Source: Octopus vulgaris
Taxonomy: Eukaryota
Assembly (NCBI GenBank): GCA_951406725.2
Contig: OX597818.1
Location: 140,616,001 to 140,680,000 of the forward strand
Direction of reading: 5' to 3'
Length of the DNA: 64,000 bases
The notes beneath the pieces are model-generated. The model had not been told where the DNA came from. It worked only from the letters and a program-made list of their open reading frames with translations, and did no database searches. The position numbers and the translations under genes were made by a program. The stretch's first letter is position 1, and each line of letters opens with the position of its first letter. This document shows positions 38,020 through 51,742 of this stretch, one piece after another.

Positions 38020-38711
38020 ATTTCTTTTTATCACAGGTTTTGTTGTAACTCCTGAAGTATTGAATGCGTAACGGGCTTGATACCTGCAGACTACGTTACC
38101 ATGCTATTCGTCCTTTTCAATTATCTAATACTCTCCTGATTATTCTAGCCGTGCGAAGGAGGTAATGGTGTTTGTAACAGAGCTAACGGACACGTTATTC
38201 CAATTTCCCTGATATTCCGCTTGATATCTTTTGATACAATTCCCAAGGACCCAACAATAATTGGCACTATCTTCGCCTTTCTTTATTTTCCACAGTTGGG
38301 CTATTTTCGTACTTAAGAGGATTGTATTTATTTTATTTTTTTCGCCTTCCTTCTTGACAATTGTTGGATCAAAGCAGCATGCTACATCAACTACATAGCA
38401 CAGATGATGCATCCTACCGACCACCACAAGGTTCCGTCTGTCCTGCTCTAGCAACTGATCTGTTTCGATTGGGAAATCCCAGAGGATTTTGCTAGTCTCC
38501 GACGCCGCCAATCTCTGCGGTTTGTACTCATACCACATCTTGCCTCTCTCTCTAGCCCCCCCCCCACTTTTCGTACACTTTCCAATGTCGCAGCTTCATT
38601 AACTGATTATGTCGCCAAATCTTTTAGTAGTTTGGGGCAAGTCTAGGGCATTCGTTTATGATATGTTTCATCTACTATATTACAGATGCGACACAGCGGA
38701 GACACTTGCTG
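38020..38711 (-). mobile_element. R4/Dong-like retrotransposon, 5'-truncated
   Basis: KILWDFPIETDQLLEQDRRNLVVVGR...VVDVACCFD and VSPLCRICNIVDET Zn knuckle; (TAA)n on both sides; paralogous to 19376-20385. Confidence 0.85.
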
Positions 38712-39020
<309 letters not shown>

Positions 39021-39752
39021 ATGTGAAATCGAATTTACGCTAATTTTTTTTGTTTTGTTTTGCTTAAGCATATAACGAAATACTCTTTAGAATTTGAAGT
39101 AGTAGAGACAAGATTATGTTTGAAAATATTTCTGTTTTATCAAAATAAACTACAAATAAATCTAGTTTCTGTAACATTCAATAAAAATAAGCCACAAATA
39201 AATCTAGTTTCTTTGACATTCAATAAAAATATATTTTAGAAATATTTCTTTTCTTCTTATTCATATTACATTATTTCTTTTTATGGTATCATTTGTGTTA
39301 TATCTTGCTTGTCGGTGGCAGGAAAACACCGTTTTACGTTTTCCAAATTCTGCTTTCTATTATGTTTTGAGACTTTATGTTGCCACAGATGTCATCATGT
39401 CGACTCTAAGTCTTCGTATGCGGTGTCTTTATCATACTCATCTTTAGAAGCATGTTTACAAATGCAACAAATTTCACAATGATGACAACAAGAAGAGCCT
39501 GATACGACAGCAAAAATATGTGTAAAATTATTCACCCAAAATTTATATACTGTCAAAATTTATTATATAATATGAAGTTATGGAGTATTTGATAAAAAAA
39601 GTTTATTAGATAGAAGTATTTGCTTTAAAATACTCAAGGCTGTGTTCCGCTTTTAGAATATTCAATACATAAAACATTATTGTAGTTGTTAGAGATTCTA
39701 GTTCGAATCCCTTTAAGAACGGCACTCGTTCGATTCTTCTTAAAATTCTTAC

Positions 39753-39868
39753 CTTTTCCAAGAGGATGTATAGCATTGATTTTTCTCGACAAATGCCAAT
39801 GTTTATAAAGAGAGATGTGTTCATTTGAAAGAAGCCCAGGAATGTTAACGATCTTAGCACTGAGATAC
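39753..39868 (-). CDS. Candidate 116-nt internal exon of an unknown gene
   Basis: Acceptor CATTTTATTCAG and donor AAG|GTAAGA; open frame YLSAKIVNIPGLLSNEHISLYKHWHLSRKINAIHPLGK is phase-compatible with the exon ending at 53599 (a second frame is also open). Confidence 0.5.
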
Positions 39869-40507
39869 CTGAATAAAATGTAATACTAATGAAATTTTGA
39901 TAAAAAGAATGAAGGTGGTGCGACAAAAGTAAATAAACTGAAGGAATTTCAGCTAATAACGTCGGCATCAATGATTTGTGGGTGACCTGTGTCAGCATAA
40001 TTACACTTTATAAAAGGAAAACTATTTAAGTCGGTATGCTATATTGAACGAAAATGCAGACTTTTCGGAATCAAGATTTTTAAATATACATACATACATA
40101 TATATATTTTGGCCTTTTCCTCCTCTCCCTGCCTGCCTCTGTGTATCTTTCTTTCTCAATGAAAGATTTGTAGTAGAACCGTTAGAGCTTTTTACACAGC
40201 CACATAACAGCTCCAGCGTTTTAGGTTTTATACCATTTCATGTAATGTTTTACTATTGTTACAAGGCTGCAGAGTTTGAGAAATTTGGAGGTCATTCCAA
40301 ATTTGAACTATGACAAATACGCTAAATCCTTTGATATCTACCTGACAGTTTTTTTTTAACTGATACTTCTATTGCCAAATAATAAGCTAGCCTAGAATAC
40401 CCGACAACAGGTAGTTAAACTCATTGGGTTTTCTAAGTAATTAGTGGAATTTGACTTCTTTATTAACTACATTTGATGTAACTTCCATTAATATTGTAGC
40501 AATCCTG

Positions 40508-40662
40508 GGCGGCGAGCTGGAAAAATTGGGCGGAAGGCTTACCGTCATTTACACTGTCTTTAGGTACTGAGTTCAAATTCCACTAAGATCGACCTTGTTT
40601 TTTTAATCCTTTCGGGAGCGGTAAAATAAGTACCAGCTGTATACTGGGGTCGATGTAATTGA
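40508..40662 (+). mobile_element. SINE family B, diverged
   Basis: GGCGGCGAGCTGG...GAGTTCAAATTCC...AATAAGTACCAG. Confidence 0.75.
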
Positions 40663-43356
40663 CATTTTCTAGTGTTGCAAGAAGAAATGACTTAGGGGTT
40701 CCTTAACCAAGGTAAGAACTGAAAGTCTTTGGCATAATTTTGTATGGTTGTCATGTAATCCTTATTGGGTACGTTTCGTAATATTCACTTATATACAAAC
40801 TAATCTTGATTTATAATAAAAAATAATCTCTAGAAAATAATTGAAGATATTTTTCCTGTTTTAAATCTACTTATGGCGTTAAACAAAATATTGAGCAATA
40901 TTTATAATGCAACCTGTCAATTGAGAATGGCATGTGGGTGTACAATCTAAAATTGTGCCTAGAATTTGTCAGTTAATTTTGTTTTAATCAGCCAAGTAAA
41001 TCCATCGCATAAACAATGTAGCATTAAATTAAACAATATTGATTCGTTACATTGGCGCAAAAACGAATCTCTTTTGTGGGAGAACAGTAAATTATATCAA
41101 CTTATTATGCCTGCTTCGTACTTTGTTTTTGTTGTAATCGGAAGAATTAAACGCGTAGTTGAAATATGAATTGTTTATATTTAACATACATTAAGTGATG
41201 CAAAACCTACACGCATCAGCAGTATTCTACATTGAGGTTTTACAACACACACCCTCATCCAGGTGTTCCATCCTAGTTTGATCGAGCATAAGTTTCTTTC
41301 TGAGCTACATTCTACAAACTCCACTGATCACCACTCATCTCTTAAAATCTTTATTATAGGCATGTAGCCTGGAAAAAGAGTGGGCATAACAAGGACAGAC
41401 ACAACAACCACAGTGGGGACAATAAGCATAAAACGAATGAGGATGCATATTATATAAAAATGGAAATATGAAATGGTTGAATGGGCCCCACCCCTTTGCA
41501 GTACCATTTGAACGTTTGTACATACTATATTATAATCGTGCCATTATTGCCTGTTCTTCGATATCCAGCAATTTGAACCTCTATTCTCCCCAGGGAGTAG
41601 GCTCTGCAGACCAGACATGATGATGAGGTACTTCGGAAGAGCAAGTTTGGGAATCCTTGCTCAGGTGTTCCTGCCAATAAACTCATGCACTCTTTGATGG
41701 CAACTCAAGAAATAACACAAAATATATCTTGCATAATCGCCGTAGAAAGATATTACACAACCCACAAACTACCATCATCTAATCAGACTTCACACATTTG
41801 CACAATAAAGAGGAAGCATTAAAAGGACAAAATAAACAAGGCAACCTCCCCACCCATAGTGAAGCAAAGCAAATGAAATATATAATCGCAGAATTCTACT
41901 CTCCGGAAGACACTTTTACACTTCATCAAGACCATGGTGTGCAAATGATAACGTGGTACAGATGTACGTACCAAATTACTGAATACAAGTCACAACTACT
42001 ACTAATAATACTAATACCACTGCCACCACCACTATCATTACTAAAACTAATATCACTACTACTACTACTACTAAAGTACTTTTATGAATTACTTAGACTC
42101 AAAACAAGCTATTTTGATAGGAAGGAAAAATCACTGACTGGAACTTTATCTTATGGACCCCAGAGGGATGAAAGTTACTGTTGACTTAGGTGAAATTAAG
42201 CTCAAAATCTAATGAACCGAGACAAATATCTTGCATTGTTTTTCCCGACGTTCTAAGAATTCTACCACGGGGCCACCTTGCGTAATGGCTTCTAATTTAG
42301 AGACAAGAACAACAGTTTGGAAGGGGTGGATTAAATCACTTCCAGTGTTTAACTGGTATTTATCATATCAACCCTAGTGAGCTGAAAAACAAAACAAAGT
42401 TCAGCTCTGCAGGATTTGAAATCAAACCGTAAAGAACAGCAATGATAATAGCCGATATTTGCGAAATTATGTCAGAGGACCAGAATATGATTAATCTCAG
42501 TTATTTCTTCGGAATAAGGAATTTCCATCTTTGCGTTATTCTTGTTTTCTAAATATTTATTTAGTGCTTGCTCGCTTTCAAACTTTCTCTGTTTCATCCA
42601 CACCTCAACATAATTATCTAAAATAATATTAATTATGTATTTAGTCAATTACCAAAAATATCTCTTCAAATATTTTTCTCACATTCACTAATTTTTCTAA
42701 AAATTACACACACATACACACACACATACAACATTATTTTCGCTCTATATTGTTGTTTATTTTTTTCTTTGTTCCATTTTTGTGTTCTACATGTTTGCAA
42801 TTTATAAATATTTTTTCTATAATAATATATTTAATTACTAAATGCTAATTTTCAGCCTACAATTTTTCTCTAGATTCTTGTATTAGTCTTTGCTTTACAT
42901 GTGCTAATTTATTGTTTATTTAATAATTTATTTTAATTAGCTATTTGATTATTGTTTTAGTTCCTATTTTCCTTCAGTGATCAAATCAAGTATAGAAATT
43001 TCATATAATCAACCTAAACATTCTTTTCTCTGTTAGTTTGTATATTTCATTGTTATTGTTTATATTTTAATTGGTCTGTTGGTTGTGTTATATAATTAGA
43101 TCTAGTGGGAGTGGAGGATAACTACATATAAATGCGTTTTAAAAGGATGACACAGCATTAATTGAAGCAAAATTATTCGTTTCGCGTCACCATCACGGCT
43201 AGATTCCACCAACAAGCATGATCTAACGAAACGAGAATGCTGCAGTACGGTTGCTTGAAGTATTGACTACATATTCACCAGAACAGCGACTAGACGCCTC
43301 CTTCAACTCACACCTTACGTCTTAAATACGTCTAGTAATATTCGGCACTGATCTAA

Positions 43357-43547
43357 GGCAGCGAGCTGGCAGACACGCTAGCACGCCGGGCGAAATGTTT
43401 AGCGGTATTCCGTCTGTCTTTACGTTCTGAATTCAAATTCAGCCGAGGTTGACTTTGCCTTTCATCCTTTCAGGGTCGATAAATTAAGTAACAGTTGCGT
43501 ACAAGTGTCGATCCCAAAATTTCGGGACTTGTGCCTATAGTAGAAAA
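43357..43547 (+). mobile_element. SINE family B (tail type 2)
   Basis: Head and Meta-like domain; direct repeat TAATATTCGGCACTG on both sides. Confidence 0.88.
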
Positions 43548-43613
43548 TAATATTCGGCACTGCTCTATAAATAATGACAGAATAATCACAACTGGAATAC
43601 CTCACGCCCAAGT

Positions 43614-43685
43614 GCCGTAAATCCCCGAGTATAATCCGCATTTTTTCCCCAAAATTTAAAGGTCAAAATCCCTACTGCGTACTTA
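43614..43685 (+). mobile_element. pogo/Tc2-like DNA transposon end
   Basis: CCGTAAATCCCCGAGTATAATCCGCA resembles CCGTAnnTnnnCGnGTATAA termini; no partner TIR found. Confidence 0.35.
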
Positions 43686-44064
43686 GTTATATATTTGCTT
43701 AGTTTTCTTGATGTAAAATCAGGATACCAAGTAGTAGTAGGCATTGAAAACTCTAAGAAATTAATAGCCTATAATTCCCCTACCACTTAAACTTCAACAT
43801 GAATAACTTTTGACATTTATTTTACCCCTTCCTATATCTATAAATAGAAAAATGATTTCTCTCCATCCAACCGAAAATCCCTCCATCCCCACTAACAAAT
43901 CTAAGTAAATAAAAGAAAAATCTATAGCCAGAAGGTAAAAATTAATACTATCATGTTCTTAACAATCAAATCAACATCTCTGTATATCTACCCTCTTTAT
44001 AATGTTGGCAAACGAAATGGAAATAAGTATATGTATTGTCCGTTTGATGGAAGACTTCTATAAA

Positions 44065-44148
44065 TGGCTGAAGATTGGTCAACATTTCAAAACTGATGTA
44101 ATACTTACAATGTTTAATAAAATGAAGAAGCATGAAACGATCGTACCA
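44065..44148 (+). ncRNA. Hammerhead ribozyme fold with long, poorly paired stem II
   Basis: TGG-CTGAAGA-(59 nt)-GAAA-C-GATC-G-TA-CCA; palindromic GATC loop; lies in a PLE-like end (~43700-44280) abutting (TA)n. Confidence 0.65.
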
Positions 44149-44280
44149 AACTACCGAAGATATACTTGTTGCTTATTTTGATTATAACCACCCCATGGAT
44201 TTATAGGGATAATAGCACACAGCGTTCTGGTGCCTCTGACTTAAGTACCATATTAATTTGAATCTAAATTTTGCTGCACT

Positions 44281-44318
<38 letters not shown>

Positions 44319-44414
44319 TATATGTATATACATATATACATATATATATACGTGTGTACCGTTGGCGATTTTTTTTCCTCTGTCTTCCCTTCTCTGGATC
44401 GTTCCTTCTCCTAT

Positions 44415-44449
44415 GTTTCCGATGAAGAGCTCCGCTCGAAACGTTAAAC
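44415..44449 (+). ncRNA. Minimal hammerhead ribozyme (U4C variant)
   Basis: GTTT-CCGATGA-A-GAGC-TCC-GCTC-GAAA-CG-TT-AAAC; palindrome AACGTT allows a dimeric stem III; inside a PLE-like end at 44350-44552. Confidence 0.7.
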
Positions 44450-45118
44450 CTTCCTTCATTCCTTCTTTCCTGAGTGTCCAATAATTCTATATTTGTTCCA
44501 CGTCCTCGCGTTGTTGTGTTTTTTTCTGTGTTTTCTTGTTTGGATTAACTTTATATACATACATACATACATACATACATATAATTATTTACAGGATCCA
44601 ATAGATTCTAAGAAAATGGTTGTTTTACATATTTTAATTGATGTGTTCCTCAATTAAAGCACGTCTAAAGCAGCTGTAGGGAACTCCTGCCCTTTTGTGT
44701 AATCATATATATACATTATATATATATATATATATATACATATAATCAAACACACACATAGACACACACATCATAAGTAATATATACCACGAAAGTCATA
44801 TCAATAATTGATAGTATGTCTGTAAGGGCCGTAAAAAGCGGCGGTGTCCAGTCTGTCGTTCTCCGGCGTATTTGTAATTTGCTTGTTTGATGTTCATATG
44901 ATGAAGCTGTAATCTGCGTATCAACAATTGATTAAGTACCGGTAATACACTCTAGGCCTATACTCAGACTTATCCGTCTCCCTTAAAGTTTTGGCTTTCA
45001 GATTCCTACAAACGTAATTAAATTCTATGTATTCGATGTAAAAAATAAAAGAGAATTATAATCAAGTCAATTATACTATGATGCACTTTGTTGTATGCAT
45101 AGATACATATATACATAC

Positions 45119-45154
<36 letters not shown>

Positions 45155-45155
45155 G

Positions 45156-45305
<150 letters not shown>

Positions 45306-45513
45306 TACATGGCGCCTACAAATGATACGTGTTTAGTCGAAATCTACTGACTGAAGCTTGCAAATTGACATCTAGTTTGCAATCTTATGTATTCTAAGAG
45401 GAACAAAATTTAGCTAAACAGAAAACAAAGTAAAACAAAAGCGACCTTGTATTTAATGTTTTACTTATCCCACCAAGTATAGATGATGTATCCATCATTC
45501 TGATATATATATG

Positions 45514-45613
<100 letters not shown>

Positions 45614-46060
45614 TGTGTGTGTGCGTGCGTTTTTATATATTTTCCTTTTTCCGTTCTTTATAGCTTAGGATGTTATTTCTGCTTAAATGCCGGCTTTGAT
45701 TTTAGATCATCTATTTTAGCTGACTTTACGGAAGACTAACATCACCAACTCTATTCCGATACGCTTCGGTTGTCTTGATTATTATCATATCTATGTTGCT
45801 ATAGAAATTCTTTGACCAAGAAAATAGTCATGTACATAGTTCAATTACTGTCAATCAAGTAAATACTCACGATCCTTTGACATAGTTACGTGTCACACAT
45901 ACACACAAATATACATTTATTTATACAGTACACTTATTTATATACATAGTGGTTCTGCGTCGAATACAATCCAATGTGTTTTTTATATTTTTGCAGTAAA
46001 TCAATAACGAAGTAAATGATGCTATAACGTTAGGTCTACACAGAATTATAAGTGCGTGTA

Positions 46061-46095
<35 letters not shown>

Positions 46096-46252
46096 AACAT
46101 ATGTATATATACATATATATGTATAACGTATGTATATATATGTTTGTGTGTATATATATTTGTATATATATATATATATATATGGTAAATATATGTGTGT
46201 ATATATATGTATATATCTTATATATATATATATATACACACATATATATGTG

Positions 46253-46285
<33 letters not shown>

Positions 46286-46571
46286 ATGTATACATATATA
46301 CACATATATTTGTATATATATACATATATATATATATATGTAAATATATATACATACCTATGTAGGTGCGTGTGCGCGTGTGTGTATATGTGTGCGTGTA
46401 TGTGTGTGTGTTTATACGTATCTATATTGGCGCATCCTTGTATGTAGGTATGTATGTGTTTCTGCGTGTACGTGGGGAAGCTTCATTCTGTTTCATCTAC
46501 TTCACTGTCGTTTCTTTACACTTTCTCTGTTTTTGTGAGTATAAATATTTGGCCCTGGGGGTGAATATATA

Positions 46572-46607
<36 letters not shown>

Positions 46608-46629
46608 TGTATGTATGTATGTATATATA

Positions 46630-47012
46630 AAGAGAGAGAGAAAGCGAGAAAGAGAAGGCGAGAGATTGAGAGAAGGTGAGAGAGAGAGAGAAGGCTAGAG
46701 AGAGAGAGAGAGAGAGAAAGTAGGCGAGAGAGAGAGAGAAGGCGAGAGAGAGAGAGAAGGCGAGAGAGAGGGAGAAGGCGAGAGAGAGGGAGAAGGTGAG
46801 AGAGAGAGAAACCGAGAGAGAGAGAGAGAAAGGTGAGAAAGTGAGAGAAGGCGAGAGAGGGAGAGAAGGCGAGAGAGAGGGAGAGAAGGTGAGAGAGCGA
46901 GAAGGCGAAAGAGGGAGAAGGCTAGAGAGAGAGAGAGAAGGCGAGAGAGAGAGAAGGCGAGAGAGAGAGAAGGCGAGAGAGAGAGAGAAGGCGAGAGAAA
47001 GAGAGCGACAGA
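46630..47012. repeat. Purine-rich (GA)n / GAGAAGGC compound repeat
   Basis: Directly visible. Confidence 0.92.
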
Positions 47013-47535
47013 GATAGATGTGAAGAAATATAAATCTATATTCAATAACATTCGAAATAAAATCTCGACTTATTAAATAAACTTCGAGAGAAGAGAAAGA
47101 AGTGTAAGGTAATTGTGACAATCGACAACATGGAAGATGGCATAACGCTAAGAATCAAGAATCTTCTGAAACTGACATGGCATTAAAGTTAAGATAACAT
47201 TAGTTTCTTGAAGCTATAGGTCAGCTGTGGTCATCTGATTTTGCCACAATTGACTGCATCTCTACGGCTGTTGTACAGCACACGAGGTACTTAGTAGTAT
47301 TAAAAAATTGTAGGAAACATTCATAGCCTGGAGTGATTTGCCTAATTCAATCGAAAATCATACATAATTTTCATAGGCATGATTTTGAGTATGGTGACGA
47401 ATAATGTTATATTAAACAGTATACAAGATAAACTCTCGTTGCTAAAAGTATTGCTCGGTAACAGTAGCCCTGTTTATAATACGCGGTTTCTCATGCATCA
47501 TATACAAATATATTTTATCAGAATTCCCTAATAAT

Positions 47536-47745
47536 CTTTTCAACTATAGACAGAGGGCCTTAAATTTGAGGAAGGGGTTAGTCGATTACAACGACCCCAG
47601 TGCAAAACTGGTTCTTATTTTATCCACCCAGAAAGGATGAATGTGATGTTGACCTTGGCAGAATTTGAACTCAGAACGTCAAGACAAACGAAATACTGCA
47701 AAGCTTTCTTCTCGGCGTGCTATCGATTCTGCCAGCTCGCTGCCT
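47536..47745 (-). mobile_element. SINE family B (tail type 2), diverged
   Basis: Homology to the family; TSD AGAATTCCC(T/C)AATAAT. Confidence 0.82.
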
Positions 47746-48289
47746 AGAATTCCCCAATAATAATCACTGATAAAGGCACACATACATATACACACGTGTT
47801 TTTATATCATTTTATTTTCGTATTATTCTACAGTTTACACCCATTGGGCTAAAACCATGATTATGCACCGCCTTAAAGTATTTGCTTGGTCATATCAACT
47901 TTAGTATGTATTTTCTTTAGCGATAACATTCCAACCATCCTCATCCCCTCATTTTCGCTTTTTTTTTTGTTTGTTTAATTTTCACTAATAGTATAATCAG
48001 AAAAATCATCATCGTGTGGGTTCTTTTTGCATGGGAAATCAGGGTGTTATTTAAAGGGTAATTTATTGTTATTTGATTCATGTGAAAAACCACGAGAAAA
48101 CGTTCTCTATCTGTAATTTTACTTTTTACACTTTCAGTACGTCAAAAGATTCATTATAGTTTCTTCAAGTCAGCAAATCCAAATTGCAATTTTTGTGTGT
48201 TTATAATGATTACTCATGATCTTCTTGTTTCAGCCCTTACCCACTGCCTGGATGGGTTTAGGCGAACAAACCACCCCCCAGTACTTAAG

Positions 48290-48440
48290 TGTTTAAAACC
48301 TGGAGCTTTTTATATCGGACTGTTTTTGCCGAACTGCTGAGTCACGGGAACGTAAACAAACTAGCACCGGTTGTCAAGTAATGATGTGGGACGCATATAT
48401 ACTCACAAGCCTTTGGTCAGCCTGGGACTATAGTAGATGA
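48290..48440 (-). mobile_element. SINE family A fragment
   Basis: TTTTGCCGAAC...CGTAAACA...GGTTGTCAAG...CTCACAAG.CTTTGGTC. Confidence 0.65.
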
Positions 48441-48617
48441 CTGACGAGTTTCAAAATACCAAGTCTCACCATATGCTCAAAACTATGATGGATACGATTA
48501 TTTTTAAAGTCAGTTTAGATATTATAAATTCCTAATTCCAGATTCGTATTATGTATATTGACTCTGATGATATCTAGCGATGATCAGATCTAAGCTCTAT
48601 CGAACCTCTGACTAGAT

Positions 48618-48998
48618 GGAAGCACTCCATCTGTTACGGTGACGAGGGTTTCGGTTGATCCAATCAACGGAACAGCCTGCTCGTGAAATTAACGTGTAAG
48701 TGGCTGAGCACTCCACAGAGACGTGTACCCTTAACGTAGTTCTCGGGGATATTCAGCGTGACACAGAGAGTGACAAGGCCGGCCCTTTGAAATACAGGTA
48801 CAACAGAAACAGGAAGTAAGAGTAAGAGAACGTTGTGGCGAAAGAGTACAGCAGGGATCACCACCATCCCCTGCCGGAGCCTCTTGGAGCTTTAGGTGTT
48901 TTCGCTCAAAAAACACTCACAACGCCCGGTCTGGGAATCGAAACCGCGATCCTATGACCGCGAGTCTGCTGCCCTAACCACTGGGCCATTGCGCCTCC
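48618..48998 (-). mobile_element. SINE family C (head H2, middle M2, tail T2), full length
   Basis: tRNA-like head on the minus strand (GGAGGCGCAATGGCCCAGTGG...GGTTTCGATTCC); TSD CCTCTGACTAGAT. Confidence 0.92.
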
Positions 48999-50631
48999 TC
49001 TGACTAGATACAGACTTTCGTTCAAAATTTTGATACAAGGCCAGCAGCTTCAGGCGTAAGTCGATTCCATCCACTACAATGTTCAATTGGTAATTATTTT
49101 GTCAATGATTTGAGAAATAGCACAAAAATTATTGAAAAAACTGCGCATAAATGATTTGATACAGATTCCAATTAATAATTGAAGTAATCTTAATGATGCT
49201 AATTATTTTTAATATTTTAACTTTTCAAAGCGTGCTCCTGTTTTATTTTCTCTATCGAAATGTGTTCTAGTCTTTATTAAACTTTGCTATTGAATATTAA
49301 ATATGTTAGCAGTATATTAAAATGTGTCTATAGAATGTTGGTAGTAGAAAATGCTTATATTTAAGAGCCTGTAATACATTAAAATTCGCATATTAAAATA
49401 ATTGTGGTTTCTTTCACTAAGAAATAATGTTGCAAAATGTTCTTGTCATATCTTTGGATCATTTAGTCCATTTTAGAAGCAGGTAGATTATGTCACTTAT
49501 TGGCGTCTTCGGCAGAGAGATAGCAGAAAGGTTTGCATATTTGATTATCTCTATTATATTGTAAATTCAAAACTTTTTGAGCTGTTTTTATCTTTCCTCG
49601 TTACTTTTAATAATAATGCCATGCCAATAACGTGATACATCCATTTACATTTCACCCTACACTTATTCTATTAATCAACATTTCATTCAGAGAAGCAAGC
49701 CTTTCATACGTTGATATCACTGAGGAGCCTAGCCCATCTCGAATTACACATTTCAATGGAAGATATATCAATACTGAAATCCTTTCCAGCTTTAGACATG
49801 TCATTTATTTGTATATAAGCTACGTTGTTCAATTCTTTATTTTTGAAAACAGTAGTTTATGTTTTGTGGGAGAGTTTGCTCTCGTTTCTAGCTGGTCGAT
49901 CAACTACATACTTGCTCCATTATTGGTTCATTTTTCATCGTGTTTATTGGCGCTATAATGTGAGATATAACATATTAAAAGTTGATATCTCTTGCACTGT
50001 TTGTTCAGCAGATTTAATAATGAGTAAATAGAAATTTGGAGTGGGAAAAGTTATAGCCTACATTGAAATGAGAAAAAAAAGAATAACAGCGCACCAAGGT
50101 AATTTAATAAATAAATGAAAATGATTTATGAACCGAAAAAAGGGCCAGCGTGTAAATAGTTAATCCTATATATCATACAAGAAAAATGGAAAATAAAAAG
50201 GGAAACAAAATTTCTTTCAATTTACTTTATTACTCATAATATCCATTAATAGTAAAATTTCAAAAAATAGAATAGATTAGTTCATTAGCTGTAACTAAGA
50301 GAGCGATTAATTACCCTATTAATTGGAACTAAATAAAAGGAAAAGACATAATTTTAAAAAAAACATACATCAATTTCTTGTTAGACAATATGTTCATATC
50401 TAAGTCTGCAAATCAGCAAATTAAGTACATTGTATGGCATCTTAAATGCGATGAAGACAGTACTTCACTGAAAAGATATGATAAGGTATAATTTTGTAGA
50501 GATATAAAAGATATAATCTATCATTCTTACCGAAATGGTACAAACAATATCAATCACTGAGCTAATATTTATCTTTTTACTGCACACTCTCATTTCTAGT
50601 TACAAATATATATATATGTATATATATATAT

Positions 50632-50688
<57 letters not shown>

Positions 50689-50699
50689 GTGTGTGTTTG

Positions 50700-50885
50700 T
50701 ATGTAGCCACTACACACATCTTTTCTCTCCCTGTTTCTCTCCTTGTTTCTTTCTGTGTTCTTTTCTGTGGAAAAGCATAGGCTCGAAACGTAAAATACTT
50801 TTTCAATCCCTGAGCATTATACTAGTACACCTGTTTGTTTCTACACCACCTGTCTTCGTCTATTGTTTTTTTGTGAATTCTCCCT
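50700..50885 (+). mobile_element. PLE-like terminus in (TA)n with variant minimal hammerhead
   Basis: TTT-CTGTGGA-A-AAGCATAGGCTC-GAAA-CG-TA-AAA at 50762-50795; homologous to 34040-34210. Confidence 0.65.
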
Positions 50886-50926
50886 ATATATATATATATA
50901 TATATATTTATACATATATATATATG

Positions 50927-50960
<34 letters not shown>

Positions 50961-51044
50961 TGTATGTATGTATGTATGTATGTATGTATGTATGTATATG
51001 CACATCATGGTATCGACCAGTCTCTTTGATTTTGTTATAGATCG

Positions 51045-51290
51045 CTGGTCATAATACGCTTCACATTGTTTCAGCTTTCCAATTACGTCACCCCGCTGGT
51101 TAGGTGAGGCTGGCCTACATTCCTTCTGATCGGTAGGCTATTTCGTCGCAGTGTTAACCATTTACAGCTGAGTGGACTGCTGCAACGAGAAATGAATTGT
51201 TTTGCTCAAAAACTCAATGCTCCGCCCGATCCAAGAATCAAGCTCCATGACCTATAAATGGTGGGTGCTGCACCACTAGGCCATACGCCT
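51045..51290 (-). mobile_element. SINE family C-like (CORE-like middle, another tail)
   Basis: Minus strand GGCGTATGGCCTAGTGG head; CAGTCCACTCAGCTGTAAATGG. Confidence 0.65.
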
Positions 51291-51539
51291 TCGCATACGC
51301 AAACATTTATATGAATATATACAACACATATAAATGCTGGCCCTTGACAAATTTTTTTCTCTTTATAAAGGTAATTTACCCAGGATTTCCGCTCTTCTAA
51401 CGTTGGAAAAAAATATAATCTCATTTGTATCATTCAGTACACATATCGACGCTTATAAGAACAAATGTCAGTTCGTATATATTTATACACGTAGTTGTAC
51501 AATTAGCGTCTTAAAATCGTAGATGGAGTTGTCAGCAGG

Positions 51540-51703
51540 CAGTCGAAGAAATCAATCCCAGGACTTATTCTTTGTTGGCCTAGTACTTATTCTATCGGTC
51601 TCTTTTGTCGAACCGCTATGTGACGGGAATGTAAACTCACCAGCATCAGTTGTCAAGCGATGTTGGGGGACAAACACACAAAAAAACCTATACACACACA
51701 TAA

Positions 51704-51742
<39 letters not shown>

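Noticed and set aside
41200-41800. Possible RTE RT remnant on the minus strand
   Set aside because: Motifs too degenerate to call with support.
49632-49958. 108-aa plus-strand ORF and an antisense open frame ending at a GTATGA donor
   Set aside because: No convincing acceptor, an in-frame stop upstream and no recognisable homology.
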